A stretch of DNA of 64,000 bases from Squalus acanthias (GCA_030390025.1 CM059432.1:128652001-128716000), one strand, 5' to 3'. Positions 48,171-61,311 are shown, counted from the stretch's first letter. Notes: a model not told the origin generated them from the sequence alone. Numbers and translations: made by a program.

Positions 48171-49739
48171 GATGTGTTTCAAACGATTTACTTAAAGCCA
48201 CTGCATGTTTGTAGACATATAGGAAAACCCGATTGCACGATGTGTAGGCTTGCTACATGTAGATGTACATACACAAAGCTTCAGCCAGATATGTACTAGT
48301 GTAAATTAGGCATATGATCGAGAACACCGTTTAATGCTCTGTTGGCTGCCTGCATCTTTTTTATTAATAAAAAAAATCAACCAGCAGAAAACTTTAATTT
48401 TAGAAAATACACATCTTCAGACAATTCAGCCAAACAAAAAATTCTTTGAACAACTTATGAATGCTTTACAAACCTTTTACAATGAATACTGACACTAGAG
48501 TATCTATGTAACACAGCTGTGGTCCCCACTCATGCCAACAACCTAAGCGTGCTGATCTTATTCACTTTAGATTTATTTTAAAAATGGGACTTAAGCACCA
48601 GGTAGAAATAATTCAAGAAAGCATCTTATTATTTACTCATATTTATCTCCTCAGATGGCTTTTAAACGTACTGTAGATGGCAGCAAAGACCTAGGAAGGG
48701 CTTGAAAGAGAACATCCTGTTCGGTGACATGCTGGCAGGCAGGTTGTGACCTTACGACCCTGAACTTTGTGCTCACAATATGTACACGATCAGCTTCTAT
48801 TTCTCTTGAAGTTCAGGGGTGAGTTGATTGCAAGAGGTTGCTGCTCTTATTAGTATGTTATCAGTGTATTTTCAGGAGTTCAGAAGAACCATAATTACAG
48901 TCAACAGGTTGTGACTAGGACATGTCATTAGCCACTGGGATATTTCACTCATACAACAGCTATTGTCCAACTGCCATTTAGGATGTCCTACAACCTAGAG
49001 TTCAGTGACATTGTTTACCTGTATATAGAAGAAAATATATTTAAAAGAGGTGCCCCAGATGTGTGTACTTTGTGACACTTTGACAGGAGGCAGGAGAGCT
49101 CAGCACTTCAGGTCAGTGCAACCTTACCTGTATCTGTTAGGAATTGCTATCTCTATTAATACAAGACAAGGTATAAGAACATAATTCACATTTCTTACCA
49201 TGTAAATTGAACTAAGAATGCGGGAAGATTTCATTTGTGTGCTATGCGCAGTAAAAATGTAAAAGCGTTCCTTATAAGCAAGTTTATGATTGCACTACAC
49301 TCTCCACACAGATAAGAGTCTCCCCCCCCCCCCCCGCACACACTTTATTTATCATAGCAGTTCATGAAAATAAATTATTTTTAAATGTATTTAATTTGTC
49401 CACCGCATCATCTGATTCCCTGACTGTCGTCACATTGTTTTACAGCACATCTAACTAATGGAGCCATTGAACCTCCAGTGCTGCTTACCAATCCCCTGCC
49501 AAAAGTCCCTGCTCTAAGCTCCTTGCTCCGCTGTTAACAGCAGGCAGCTTTCCCTCAACAGAGAGCCTCCCAAGTAGCCTAGAATGAACTTAGTGCACTG
49601 GATGTTTTCTTGGCATTCACTGCTAGCTGCTGTTATCAGGGCGAATGGGTTCTGTTTTCATGGAAAAACAGACAAAACTGCAGAATGCAATCCCCAAAAC
49701 TCTGGTAAAAGCTCACAAATCATATATATGACAGATGTG

Positions 49740-50235
49740 GTACTGAGGGAGTGCTACACAGTCGGAGATGTCATCTTTTGGTTAAACAGAGGTTAACCTT
49801 TCAGGTGGATGTGAAAGATCCTATGGCACTATTCAAACAAGAGCAGTTGAGTTCTCTTGGCACCCTGGCCAATACTTATCCTGTAACCAACATCACTAAA
49901 ACTTCAAAATTAAGGGCAAGCTAGATAAGCACATGAGGGGGAAAGGAATAGAAGGATATGCAGATAGGGTCAGATGATGTAGGGTGGGAGGAGGCTCCTG
50001 GGGAGCATAAATACCAGTACAGACCAATTGGGCCAACTGGCTGTAAATTCTATTTAAAACAGATTATTTGGTCATTATCACATTGCTGTTTGTGGGACCT
50101 TGTCATGCGCAAATTAGCTGCTGAGTTTCTCTACATTACAACAGTGACTACACTTCAGAAGTATTTCATTGGCTGTAAAGTACTTTGGGATGTCCTGAGG
50201 TCATGAAAGGTTCTGTATAAATGCAAATTCTCTAT
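49740..50235 (+). mobile_element. Deu-domain SINE interrupted by a CR1 3' piece (about 49903-50055)
   Basis: The Deu core resumes at AAAACAGATTATTTGGTCATT. Confidence 0.75.
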
Positions 50236-50546
50236 TTCCTTGCTCTAGCAAAGGTATTGTCTCACATGTCCAACTATCTCAGAGTTTAACTAACTCACAA
50301 TCAGTACTGAATGCAGACCAATATTAGGGAAATCACTGAACAGTTTCACAGCAATCTTACTGTGGTCAGATCCCCCACAAACTTTCACTGCACTAGTGAG
50401 GAATGGAAATCTGACAATAACTGAGTTAGGCTGCTTCAGGAAGAATCTGATCTAGTGATGCTGCCCTTCGAAAAACAAGCTGAGCTGGAAGTGGAAAGAA
50501 TTCCGCTTTGCAAAAAACCAATGTAAACATGGCATCAATACCATCA

Positions 50547-50992
50547 GGGCAACACGGTGGCATAGTGGTTAGCACTGGTGCCTCACAGCACCAGGGACCC
50601 GGGTTCGAATCTGGCCTCGGGTGACTGTCTGTGTGGAGTTTGCACATTCTCCCCGTGTCTGCGTGGGGGTGCTCCGGTTTCCTTCCACAGTCCAAAAATG
50701 TGCGGGTTAGGTTGATTTGGCTATGATAAATTGACCCTTAGTGTTAGGGGGGGATTAAATATGTGGGGTTACGGGGATAGGATAGGAAGGGATATGTTAG
50801 GGGGAATTAAATACGTGGGGTTACGGGAATAGGGTGGGATATGTGTCGGTGCAGGCTCGATGGGGATTCTGGTGAGAAAGCAGGGACAGGGTACTGGATT
50901 TGGATGATCAGCCATGATCATATTGAATGGTGGAGCAGGCTCGACGGGCCGAATGGCCTACTCCTGCTCCTAGTTTCTATGTTTCTATGTTT
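50547..50992 (+). mobile_element. V-SINE (HE1-like): tRNA head, V domain, CR1-derived tail
   Basis: A box TGGCATAGTGG, B box GGTTCGAATC, TGTGTGGAGTTTGCACATTCTCCCCGTG, tail GGGCCGAATGGCCTACTCC..(TTTCTATG)2. Confidence 0.9.
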
Positions 50993-51173
50993 AAAAGGGT
51001 TAGGTCATGTAGGTATGACGTTTGACAAAACATGCTACGCTTGTATATAGACTGGAGAATATGATGCTGTGGGTGCTAATGCACATCTGCTGCCACTAGT
51101 TTAATTTTGTTTATAACTAAGGTGAAATGTTAACAATGTTGTGAAAGAAAACTCGTGCTGCCTCAGATACATA

Positions 51174-51720
51174 GAGGTCAATTTTAACTTGGGGGCGGGA
51201 ATCGGTGGTGCGGGTGCCAAAGTGGGCAGCGATCAGTCTGAGGCCCAGAAGAATTTTAACTGTTGGGGCCTCAGTTGTATCCCCCGGACCTGACTCCCGC
51301 CTGAATCCATTGGGAATGTCGGCAATGCCAGCGGGCAAGAGTGGAAAGTCAGCGAGGGTCAGGCTGCCACCGGGGTCTCACAGAATCAGTCCCCGGTAAG
51401 GTCGGTGAGGAAGGAGAGATTAGCAACGATTGCAGTCAGGGAGTTGGGGGGTGGGGGTGGGTGGGTGGTGGTGGGTGGGGGGTTGAGGGGGTGGTGAGTG
51501 TGGGAGAAGCCTGGGGAAGGGGAGGCCTGGGCAGCACTCCTGCTCCTCCTGGCCCACAAAAGTTCCACGTAAAAGTTATCTTTCCAAACTTACCTTGGCC
51601 TTTTCTGGCCACTCCGAGGGTTGGCCCCATGCAGATCTTCTGAATGTAGAAGTCAAAATGCTGTTGCGGCGCTGATGTCATTATCAGGCCACGACTTTAA
51701 GATTCAAATTAGGCCCCAAC
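51174..51720. mobile_element. GC-rich MITE-like element with AGCACTCCTGCTCC core
   Basis: AATTTTAAC repeats, core motif at 51531-51557. Right end uncertain. Confidence 0.55.
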
Positions 51721-52689
51721 TAGCAACTGCGTCAGGTTTAAGACTCCCTGAGTGGATGCCAATACCCATTTAACTTCTCTCCACTTTGTCTCTGAAATTA
51801 TGCCAACAGTTCCAACCTCAAAACTTGTGGATTTGAATCTTAAGAAATCTTTCTAATATATTTTAGTACAAGGTTACTTTACACAAATGCTAAGTCTCAG
51901 GGTTTGAATCTTAAAATGTTTTCACCAAATTAAAACTTGCCTTTGTAGTCATGCTGATGTGACTACATTCCAGCACTGTTCAATTTTACCACGTCACCTA
52001 TCACATGTCATTGATTTGATGGAAAGGGTAGTTACTGATAGAATGAAAACCAAACAAATTTCAAACAGTGAACATATTCTTCATGTCATAAATAAAGAAT
52101 TTCTGAACAAGAACCAATAGCAAGAACTTCATGACCACTCTTGTGCTACACGTGGAATCCTTAGGCTAATGTAAATGAATTGAACTAGAACACAAAGCCT
52201 TTAAGCAAATGTCTTGATAAGAATATTTATAAATAACAACATTTTAATTAATAAACACAGTGAGCCCCACTTAATTTCTTAGCCCAAAACTGCTGCAGTG
52301 TCATGATCAAAATTCTACTTTATGGACACAATGGAACCCATGTAGAAACATCTTACCTGGGTTTTCCTGCTGAGCTCCATCCCCCAGTTTATGGATTTTG
52401 GAATATAGGGATTGTCCTGGATTGGTGACTTCATCATTACCTCTTCATCCTCATCTGAAGAGGCTAGAGTTACACTCTGCACAATCTTTTCTTGACAAAC
52501 AGAAACTTCTTGGGATGGACATGACTGTTATAGAGTTAATTGCTGGATATGTGAGTAGTTCAGATTATGAAGAGTTAATTTACTGTGTGGTCTGCTGAAT
52601 GTGTGTAAATGGATAAGAAATCCTACCTTATTCTCTATGGGCAACTATTGTATTGGAGTAACGTTTTTGCGTGAAATCTGTTGGATATC

Positions 52690-53013
52690 CTTCAACAGCA
52701 TCTCCCAAACCCGCGACCTCTATCACCTAGAAGGACAAAAGCAGCAGGCGCATGGGAACACCACCACCTCAAAGTTCCCCTCCAAATCAGACACCATCCT
52801 GACTTGGAAATATATTGCCATTCCTTCATCATCACTGGAATCATCAAAATCCTGGAACTCCCTACCTAACAGCACTGTGGAAGTACCTTCATGACATGGA
52901 CTGCAGCTGTTCAAGAAGACGGCTCACCACCACCTTCTCAAGGGCAATTAGGAATGGGCAATAAATGCTGGCCTTGTCAGTGACGCCCACATCCCGTGAA
53001 TAAATAAAAAAAA
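52690..53013 (+). mobile_element. 3' fragment of the Zenon-like LINE
   Basis: Matches 4025-4343 including the A-tail. Confidence 0.9.
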
Positions 53014-53194
53014 TTACTTGGAGATATTGATGGCTGCGCTCAATGGAGTCACAAGTTTACCTTGCTCCTGGTAAAGCTAGAAGGATCCACCACTGGTAAT
53101 CTAAAAGAGCAAATACCTCCAAATCTACACTGGGCAATTTTTTCAAATTGGTCCAAAGAGGCCCAATTTAGATTAGTTTCAATATGTGTTTTTC

Positions 53195-54185
53195 ACAGAA
53201 TCAAAGAGATTGTAGCAAAGAACGAGGCCATTCAGCCCATTGTGCCTGTGCTGGTGCCACAATTTCAACTGGTCATACCTACTGGAATTCAATATATCTT
53301 TTAATAGTCTTCCTTTTCAAATATTTATCCAATTGCATTTAAATGATGTTATATTTCCTGCCTCAATAGCCACTTGTGTAAAGCGTTCTATGTTCCAATA
53401 ACCCTCCGAGTGAAAACAAATCTTCTAACTTCCCCTTCATTCTTTAGTGATAATCCTCAATCTATGCCCCCTTGTCACCAGTTCGCTAAGTAGTGGAAAC
53501 TGCCTTTCACTGTTAACCTCTTAAAACCTTTCATCATTTTCAAAGCCTCTATTAGATCCCTCCATAACCTTCCCTGTTCCAGGAAAAGTGCTACAAATTT
53601 TAATTGCCTTTCTACATAACCTTTCATTCCTGATATCATAATAACTGTACCCTTTCCATGGCTCTCATATCCTTCCTATAAAGAGGGGCTCAGAGTTGCA
53701 TGCAATACTTCAGCTATGGCAACATGTTATACCAACATGTTATACAAATTCAATACAATTTCTTTGTTTTTGTATTCAATGTCCCAATATGTAAAAGCCA
53801 AGAATTCCATTTGCCTCTATTACTTGCACTGCCACCTTTAGTGATCTATGTATCTGCACCTCTAGGTCTCTCTGCTCCTCCACCCTGTTAAGGTATACAT
53901 CCTTTCACTGTTCTTGGTCCCAAAATGTACAACTTTACATTTCTCTGCATTGAACTGCAGCTGACACCTATCTGCCCATTATGCTAATCTGATTATTCTT
54001 CCTCACCTGTTCACCATAAATTGGTATCATCAGCAAACTTTGATATCAAACTCTTGAACCAATTTATATAAATGGTTAACAAAGGAGCTCTCAGCACAGA
54101 TCCCTGTGGCATACCACTACCCACATCCCACCAATCCAAAAAACAACCATTAACATCCACTCTCTAATTTCTGTCCACTAGCTGT
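53195..54185 (-). mobile_element. Old CR1 fragment
   Basis: Degenerate GMPQGSVL and KFADDT on the minus strand; 3'UTR AGGCCATTCAGCCC. Confidence 0.75.
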
Positions 54186-54199
54186 CTCACTATCTATGC

Positions 54200-54971
54200 A
54201 GCTATTTTAAATCCTGGGTCTCATTAATATACTCCAGGACCAACACCCATCCAAACCCGGCGAGAATGATGTGAGGCCGACGGATGGGAGTGGGGGAATC
54301 GCGACAGAATGCCTCCACTTGGAATCCGCGAAAATGGTCCCCTGCAGTCAGACAAGTGTGTTGGGGGTGGGGGTTCTGGACGTGATCATGGTGGGCAGAA
54401 GGGGAGAGAAGCCCAGGGATTAAAATTGGTGTCCGGCCAAAGCACAAAACCGGCAATAGCGAATTGCCAGCCCGTTTTACACCCCACCCAATTTTCTTTT
54501 CCATTGACTTCATTTGAAAAGAAAATCGGACGCGGTGTAACATGGGCTGCGATTCATTAATTTTTCCCTATCGCCAAAGACCAATTTCATCCCCAAGGCC
54601 ACCTTGTGGGACCCGGAGGAGCACTCCTGCTTCCTCTGGCCCATGAGGAACCCTTTAAAAAAATGTTAAAGTTAACTTATCTTGGCCTCTTCGTGGCAGC
54701 TTCCCCGGGCGTGAACAGCATTGAGCGTGACCCACGCATCCCAGGGTTAAAATCGAGTTGTGGTCCAAGTGGCATCATTGGCCCGCGACTTTTACATTTT
54801 AACAAGGCCCTCACCTGCCTGGGGTGAGAGCCTTGCTAGATGGCCAATATACGCCTGCAAAAATGGGTGCGTGGCACGAACAAGACGTGGATCCAGTGAG
54901 TAGGACACTTCTCCGATTTTAACCCCCGCAAACCCTGTTCTCATCGGGAGCGGAGGGTTAAAATCGGTCCT
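54200..54971. mobile_element. GC-rich MITE with a nested palindromic MITE (about 54416-54595)
   Basis: GTTAAAATCG repeats; core motif at 54618. Confidence 0.6.
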
Positions 54972-56489
54972 TAAGTCTTTTGTTTTGATGCACGATTACC
55001 TTGAGACAGTTCAGTGATTATATTGGAGCCATATTCAGAATGGAAGGTTATGTTCTTATCAGCATTCCATTGCATTTATGAAAAGTGTTTCAGATGGAGA
55101 TGAAAATCTATCTGCTGCTTTTATTGTTGGGTGTTTGGTTCGTCTTCACAGACTAGTTATAATCTTTTTACAGTCAGAATTTCTTTGTAATTGTCTCCTC
55201 TACAGGTAATTGTCTAGTTTGTTTCAACCAGTCTTTCTGTGCATCACAGTGATTTCTCCAGTCAAGTATACAGTTCCATAAATATGTGTATGTTGTAGAT
55301 GCTACAAATAGATCAGCAGCAGTTTGAAAACTTGCGCTCTTTTAAAGCTGTTTCCTATTTGCTGTTATACAACATCTTTCACATCAAAACATTTCAAAGG
55401 GCTTCGCGCAATGAATTACTTTTTGAAGTGCAGAGAATGAAATTGAGCCCAATGAAATCTCTACAATTATTTCCTCCTAATCCATTTTGTTCTGAAAAAT
55501 GTATTAAATTTTATTGTGTTAATCTAGTTGCCAATAAGCTGATTTCATATTGTAACCCTGACTAATTGAACAAAAAGGTCTGATGCAGTATTGAAACTTC
55601 ATAATAATAAATCCTACAAAACATTCAGTTGAATACCTAAGACGTGAAGCTCATGTTAACATAATAGGGTAACATCATATTTAATAATAATGAATAATCT
55701 TCTAAAAGTTAAACATTCAAAAAGAACTAACTGTGTAGATTTTGATCATTCTGCTGTCGATGAATGATGCATACACAGATTAGAATTGAAGTCATTGCAT
55801 GTAAATGATCCACTCAACAGGACAGTTGCAATACGCTTAGCCATAACATCAGAATTGGATCTTGTAGGAGTTGACAGAAGCTTAATAAAATAAAATTAGC
55901 ACACGAACCATAACAGAACACGTTGGGAGCTCATAGCAGATTGATCAGCACCTGAGCGAGAAAAATAGGCTAATGTTTCAAATGGACCCTCCAACAGAAC
56001 ATATTTGAAGTTGGTGGGGGTGAAATCGGCTCTCGTCAGTAATGCGAACAAGCTGATAGTGAGTCGGCAAACCGGTTCACACTGCGCCCACTGACTTCGA
56101 TAGAAGAGAAAATCGGGCGTGGTGTTGATTCGCTGCTGCCAAAAAAAACATTCCAACACCACCCCCCCCCCCCCCCAACCAGTGTTTCAGGAGGGGCCTT
56201 TTATCTGGTAACGATCCATATTTTAGCAACTTTTATGAAATATTTTTTTAAAATCCCTCAACCGCATTCACACAATTTATTTTAAAAAATGATATGGGAA
56301 ATTGAAAAAAAATGAACTAAATCATTATTAGCACACAGAGATCCCTGTCTGGTTGATTTTGAAATCTATGAAACTGACCTGCAATTGGCATCTGCCAAGA
56401 CAGTCACTGGAAAAGGGAAGAGGTGGCTTTAAAAAAATTAATTTATAACAGGGTTAAGCGACAGCTTGCTGGCAAAGGAACATTTTCGA

Positions 56490-56960
56490 AGGTTACGTAA
56501 CTGCTTATGTGCCATCTAAAAAACTGTCATCTTATTACAAACAAGGGCAAAATAGGAAGACAAGATGCTGTACCGTTTCTTTTGGTGATGGTGTGTAAAT
56601 CTCTGAGGTTTTACACATTGGGCGGTTTGCCAAATGGCAAAAAAGGGTTTCTGAACTGTTTGCTGAATTCAACACATCATGAAAGTTTATGGGTGATGTA
56701 ACGTCTGCTACGCCAACAGAATGCGCAACGGACCTCGCGGCTTATGTCATTTCTGTTGTGTTATGTAATATTACGCTACATTTTATGTAATGGGTGTGGC
56801 TTGGGGAGCAGTGTGATAGTACCAGAATACCACCACTTTTTGTCACAGGGCTATATTTGCAAGGTGTAACGTGAAACCAGCTCTCGCTCTGCTGCTGTCA
56901 CTCTACTTCATTCAAGTTTCCAAGAAAACAAGGACAAAATAAGAAAAACGAAACGTGCCA
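56490..56960. promoter_or_regulatory. Candidate promoter/enhancer with clustered D-boxes and E'-boxes
   Basis: GTTACGTAAC 56492, GTGATGTAAC 56693, CTTATGTCAT 56741, GTTATGTAAT 56760, TTTATGTAAT 56782; GGGTGTGGC 56792; AACGTG 56868 and 56952; locally retained CpGs. Confidence 0.55.
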
Positions 56961-57419
56961 ACACTATGCTCCTGAAATAAAGTTTAACACGAGAGATTTC
57001 TGTCGGCATAAATCATTTATAGTGGCGGCAATTGTAAGCTACCGCCCAAGTTTGTGCACTTCCCATCCTGGCCATTCAGTGACTGTCATAAACATTCTGC
57101 GGGCCATCAGCATTATTTATCATACAAATCGGGGGATTAAAGCTACTGAGGGAAGGGTTTTAGAGATGATCCCAGCTGGGAGGGGCAGTGGAATAAGAGC
57201 AGACAGCTCAGAAATTACAGAATGATTGGACAAAATATCAAGCGGGCAGAAGAATGGCAGGTGACATTTAATGCAGATAAATGAAATGTACTGCACATAG
57301 AATAGAAAAATGGGCAACGCATGTACTCCATGAATGGTGTTGCAATAACTAAGGATGAAGTTGATAAAGACCTAGGAGTCCTAGAAGGCTTGATGCCCAG
57401 ACAATGGCTTGGCAATGAC

Positions 57420-57720
57420 TACGAGGCCCTGCCTCCAGAGGCTGGGGCGTAATAGGGAGGAAATGACTCCAGCTGTGCTATGTGCTTCAAGCAGGCCTGA
57501 AGCCAACTTTCAGCATAGGGATGGCTGCCAGTGGTTGCCAAGGTGACCATGGCAGGCAATTTGTATGGCTTCAGCTCCTTCCAGACTAGTGAAGGGGACA
57601 TCAGTTGGATCATCAGGCGACTGATGCTTTAATCAGCAGGACTGGCACTTTCAGCTCCTTTCAGACTAAACAGCAGAAGTACAGGGGGTGATTGATAGCA
57701 CCCATGTGGTCATCTGGGTT
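57420..57720 (+). pseudogene. Old Harbinger transposase fragment
   Basis: LPVVAKVTMAGNLYGFSSFQTSEGDIS; VQGVIDSTHVVI. Confidence 0.7.
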
Positions 57721-58569
57721 TTTAGGTACAACGCAATGGCCAACATGAACAGAAATTACTAACATGACTAACAAATAGTTGTATTTATGGTACCATTGTT
57801 TGTTGTTGCTTTATATTTCTAATATAACAATATAATCAATTAATTGCAGAATAGATAAAATTACTATATTGTGTCTCAAATAATCAATAGCATTATAAAT
57901 AAAACTATCGTGATTTTATTTTAAGTAGACCTACAGCTTTTGTTTCATTTTTTCACTATACCCTAGGAGTTGTTTCATTTTTTTTACCAAATCCTGTTAA
58001 ATGTTTGCTTTCAACAATCAACACTTAAGTGATTGAAAATGCCGATTCTGTTATATGTTACAGGTCTTTAAGTAATAATGAAAAATTAAACTAGGGAAGG
58101 TGCCAGCAACAATATGGCCTCAATTAAATACAGCCAAAAGATTTGGATATGTTAAGAGAAACACCACTCTTTTCATCTCTGAGCGGTGAGACTGAATCTA
58201 GCCCAGTCTTTTGGAATGTGTGTCTACTCTCTGAAAGCCGTACATGGCCTTTGGCAGCTTCAGACCAACCATGAGTAATTCAGCTTTCTCCCACCTTATA
58301 TTTCACATAGGAAGGAAGGAAGGGCTTGAATTTCTATAGCGCCTTTCACAACCTCAGGATGTCCCAAAGTGCTTTACAGCCAATTAAGTACTTTTGAAGT
58401 GTAGTCACTGTTGTACTGTAGGAAACCATTTTAGTCGCTGTTGTACTGTACTGCATATCACCTTAAAGCTCCAATTGTTAAATCTTCATAAACCATTTGA
58501 AGCTTACCTTGTAGTTCAGTGTCTTAAACATTGTATGCTCTATGCTATACTGTGCAACAACAGTAGTTC

Positions 58570-58865
58570 ATGAGAACATATGAACAGAAGTAGGCCAGTC
58601 AGCCCTTCGAGTCTCTTCCGCGATTCAATTAGATCATGGCAAATCTGTACCTCAACTCCATTTGCCCACCATTCCTCCATCTCCCTTGATCCCCTTACCA
58701 AACAAAAAAATCTATTGATCTCAATCTTCAATTGACCCAGCATTCACAGCCTTTTGGGGTTTATGTGAAAAAGTGCTTCTTGATTTCCTCCTGAATGGCC
58801 TAGCTCTAATTTTAAGATTGTGCCACCTTGTTCTGGATTTCCCCCACCAGAGGAAATAGTTTCTT
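58570..58865 (-). mobile_element. CR1 3' end
   Basis: AGTAGGCCAGTCAGCCCTTCGAG and GGCCTAGCTCTAATTTTAAG. Confidence 0.8.
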
Positions 58866-59036
58866 TGGCGTAGAAATTTGTTGATGCCGCGCCCGTTTTA
58901 CAGATGTAAAATGGGCGGCCAGCATCCAATATGGCGGGCAGTGTGTGTCGCTCGCCATATTGGTAAAGGCTGAAGTATAGGGCCCGTGTCTGAAACAAGC
59001 GTTCGGCCCTTTGCATATGTAAATAGGGGTTCTAAC

Positions 59037-59203
59037 CAATACTCCCTCTAAGGTGCGCGGCCGCGCAGCTCTCTGCTGGTCCTGGCAGCTGGGACTGGCT
59101 TTTTCAATGTTAAAATGTCGCGCATGCGTGGAACTGTGAATGGGCCGTGTAGCCCCCTTAAAAGGGCCGCGCACCCAAAACAAATAAATTAGGGGGAACA
59201 TTG
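59037..59203. mobile_element. hAT-type MITE (family of 20463-20634) nested in a GC-rich MITE (about 58867-59440)
   Basis: Ends CAATACTCCC / GGGAACATTG; 8-bp flanks GTTCTAAC / GTCCAAAC (6 of 8 match). Confidence 0.75.
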
Positions 59204-60603
59204 GTCCAAACACCTCTTTTAGGACCACTTGCCAAAATTAGTCTGCCCTGAATAGTGCCAGATCTGCCGCATTCAGGAAAACCAAGTCTGCATGCGGTCT
59301 AACTGGCAGTCCTTGAAAGGACCACTGAAGGCTGCAACCAAAAAGATAATTAAAAAAAAAAATGTGCTTACCTGAATATGGAGCCGAGAGGAGTAGGAGT
59401 GCTCCTCCTGGCTGCACAGCAGTCTCGAAAATTATTGGCTCCAGTACAGTTCCCTGGGGAACACCACTTGTCACATCCTGCCAATCACAGAACATTCCCT
59501 TTACCCCTACTCCTAATTCATCCACCTTCTAAAACTGCTGCGAGTAAAGTTTGTCATAATTGATATGAATTTTGTTTATAATCTCCATTGTTGGCTTTAA
59601 TGCCGTGAAAGCTATTATGAATCCACTAGTGGCAGAATCATATTTTCCAAAACTGGGCCTATAGCCAAATAACTCTTAAAATCAAATAGAATTTTTCAGA
59701 ACTAATTGCAACATTAGTTCTTACCAAAAATTCATCTTATAAGAATTTCACCTTCACCATTGATACAGCTAAACCTAAACCTCAGCAAATTGAGACAAAT
59801 CAATTTTAATCCAATTAATTTAATATATGTAAAATAGGATTCCATTATATTTCAAGTGCCAAAGCAAACTTTGTTAGATAGCTGACAGATAGGTCACTGG
59901 GGACAATCCGAGACGTAACAATATGCATTCTATCCTAATTAAGATGACACATCACTTTATTCCCTCTTTTTATGAATAAGCAATTAGCACATTCAGAGAT
60001 TTTCACGATGTGATTATGGGTCATTGGCAGTTGATTAATGGAGCCAGCAGTGAGACCACAAGATCACCTTGGCTCGTTGGGATGTGTTGCAACCGAACAA
60101 AAAATGTGTTTATAAGTGAGCCCATCTGCTCTTTGCCGAAATTCAATGCAAAGAAACGAATCCACATGCGGCTAAAACTTGCTCTTAGCCAACGACTTGG
60201 TGTTAAACAGTCTGATCTATGTGTTTAAAGTGGAAATCAATATTGATTATCTAAATAAAAATCTAGTACAACCATGATTTATACCTGCATATGATCAATA
60301 TCTGCTATTTTAGTTGTGATTTGGCATCATTCAGTACTTAGATTTCGCATTATGATGTCTTGGATTCTCTGCTCCCAATTTTGAATTCTGGTTTTACGCA
60401 GAAGAAAAGGACACAACTGAGAGGCCAGGCAGGCAACTAGCATTCCAAGTTTGCACAAATTTTCCAGGATATTTTGTGCAAGACTTTACAAATTGCCACT
60501 TAAACAGACTTCTTGCCTTGCCATGTCACTAGGAAGACAGTGCGAGAAGCCCAGGGCTGCCCCTTCAGTCACCTCTCCCTACCACTTTATATAGGAGCAC
60601 CTA

Positions 60604-61311
60604 GGCCTAAAACTTTGTGTGTCTGTGATCCCTGCACCTGAATGGGTAGGCCCGAGGTGCTCCCGCTAGTGGGCTTTGAGCCTCATTTCGATGAAAGCTG
60701 CTGAGCAGTCACAGGCTTTGAATTTTTGGGTCTCTGTGTTGCCAGCAGTGGCCCTCACGTAGTTGTAAAAGGGGACGACCAGGAGAGGGCTGATTGGGTG
60801 ACTGGGATGGACGTCGAGGTGGCGATCAGGAGGGAGGTGAGGCGGTGATCTGGAGGGGATGGAGGGGGGTGGGCGGGTGGTGTTGAGCGGTGACCAGCTT
60901 TGGTCCGCGGTTTAAATATTTGGTTGGGAGGAGCACTCCTGCTCCTACTGGCTCCACGTTCAGGTGTTTTAAAACAAAAACTTACCTTGTTGGTTGCGGC
61001 CTGCCGAGATCCCTTTTAGGCTGCATGTTGACCTGGTTTTCCTGAACCCAGCCGATCGGGCATGTTCAGGGCAACCCAATTTTGCAGTGGGGACCTTAAA
61101 CAGTCATTAGGCCCTTTATTTGCACAGATAAAGGGCCTAAAGTCTGTTTCAGTGGCGAACCCTAGGCGCGTAGTTTTATTGCCTACACTAATATGACGGG
61201 CGGCACACTTCTAGCCCGTAGCGAGCATGTGCTTCCTATCCGCCATATTGGAGGCTTAGGCACCCGTTTAGCTCCAGAAAAACAGGCAAGGTGCCATCGA
61301 ATTTATGGGCC
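60604..61311. mobile_element. Harbinger-like non-autonomous element
   Basis: Imperfect TIRs GGCCTAAAACTT / AATTTATGGGCC, TSD CTA, core motif at 60930. Confidence 0.7.
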
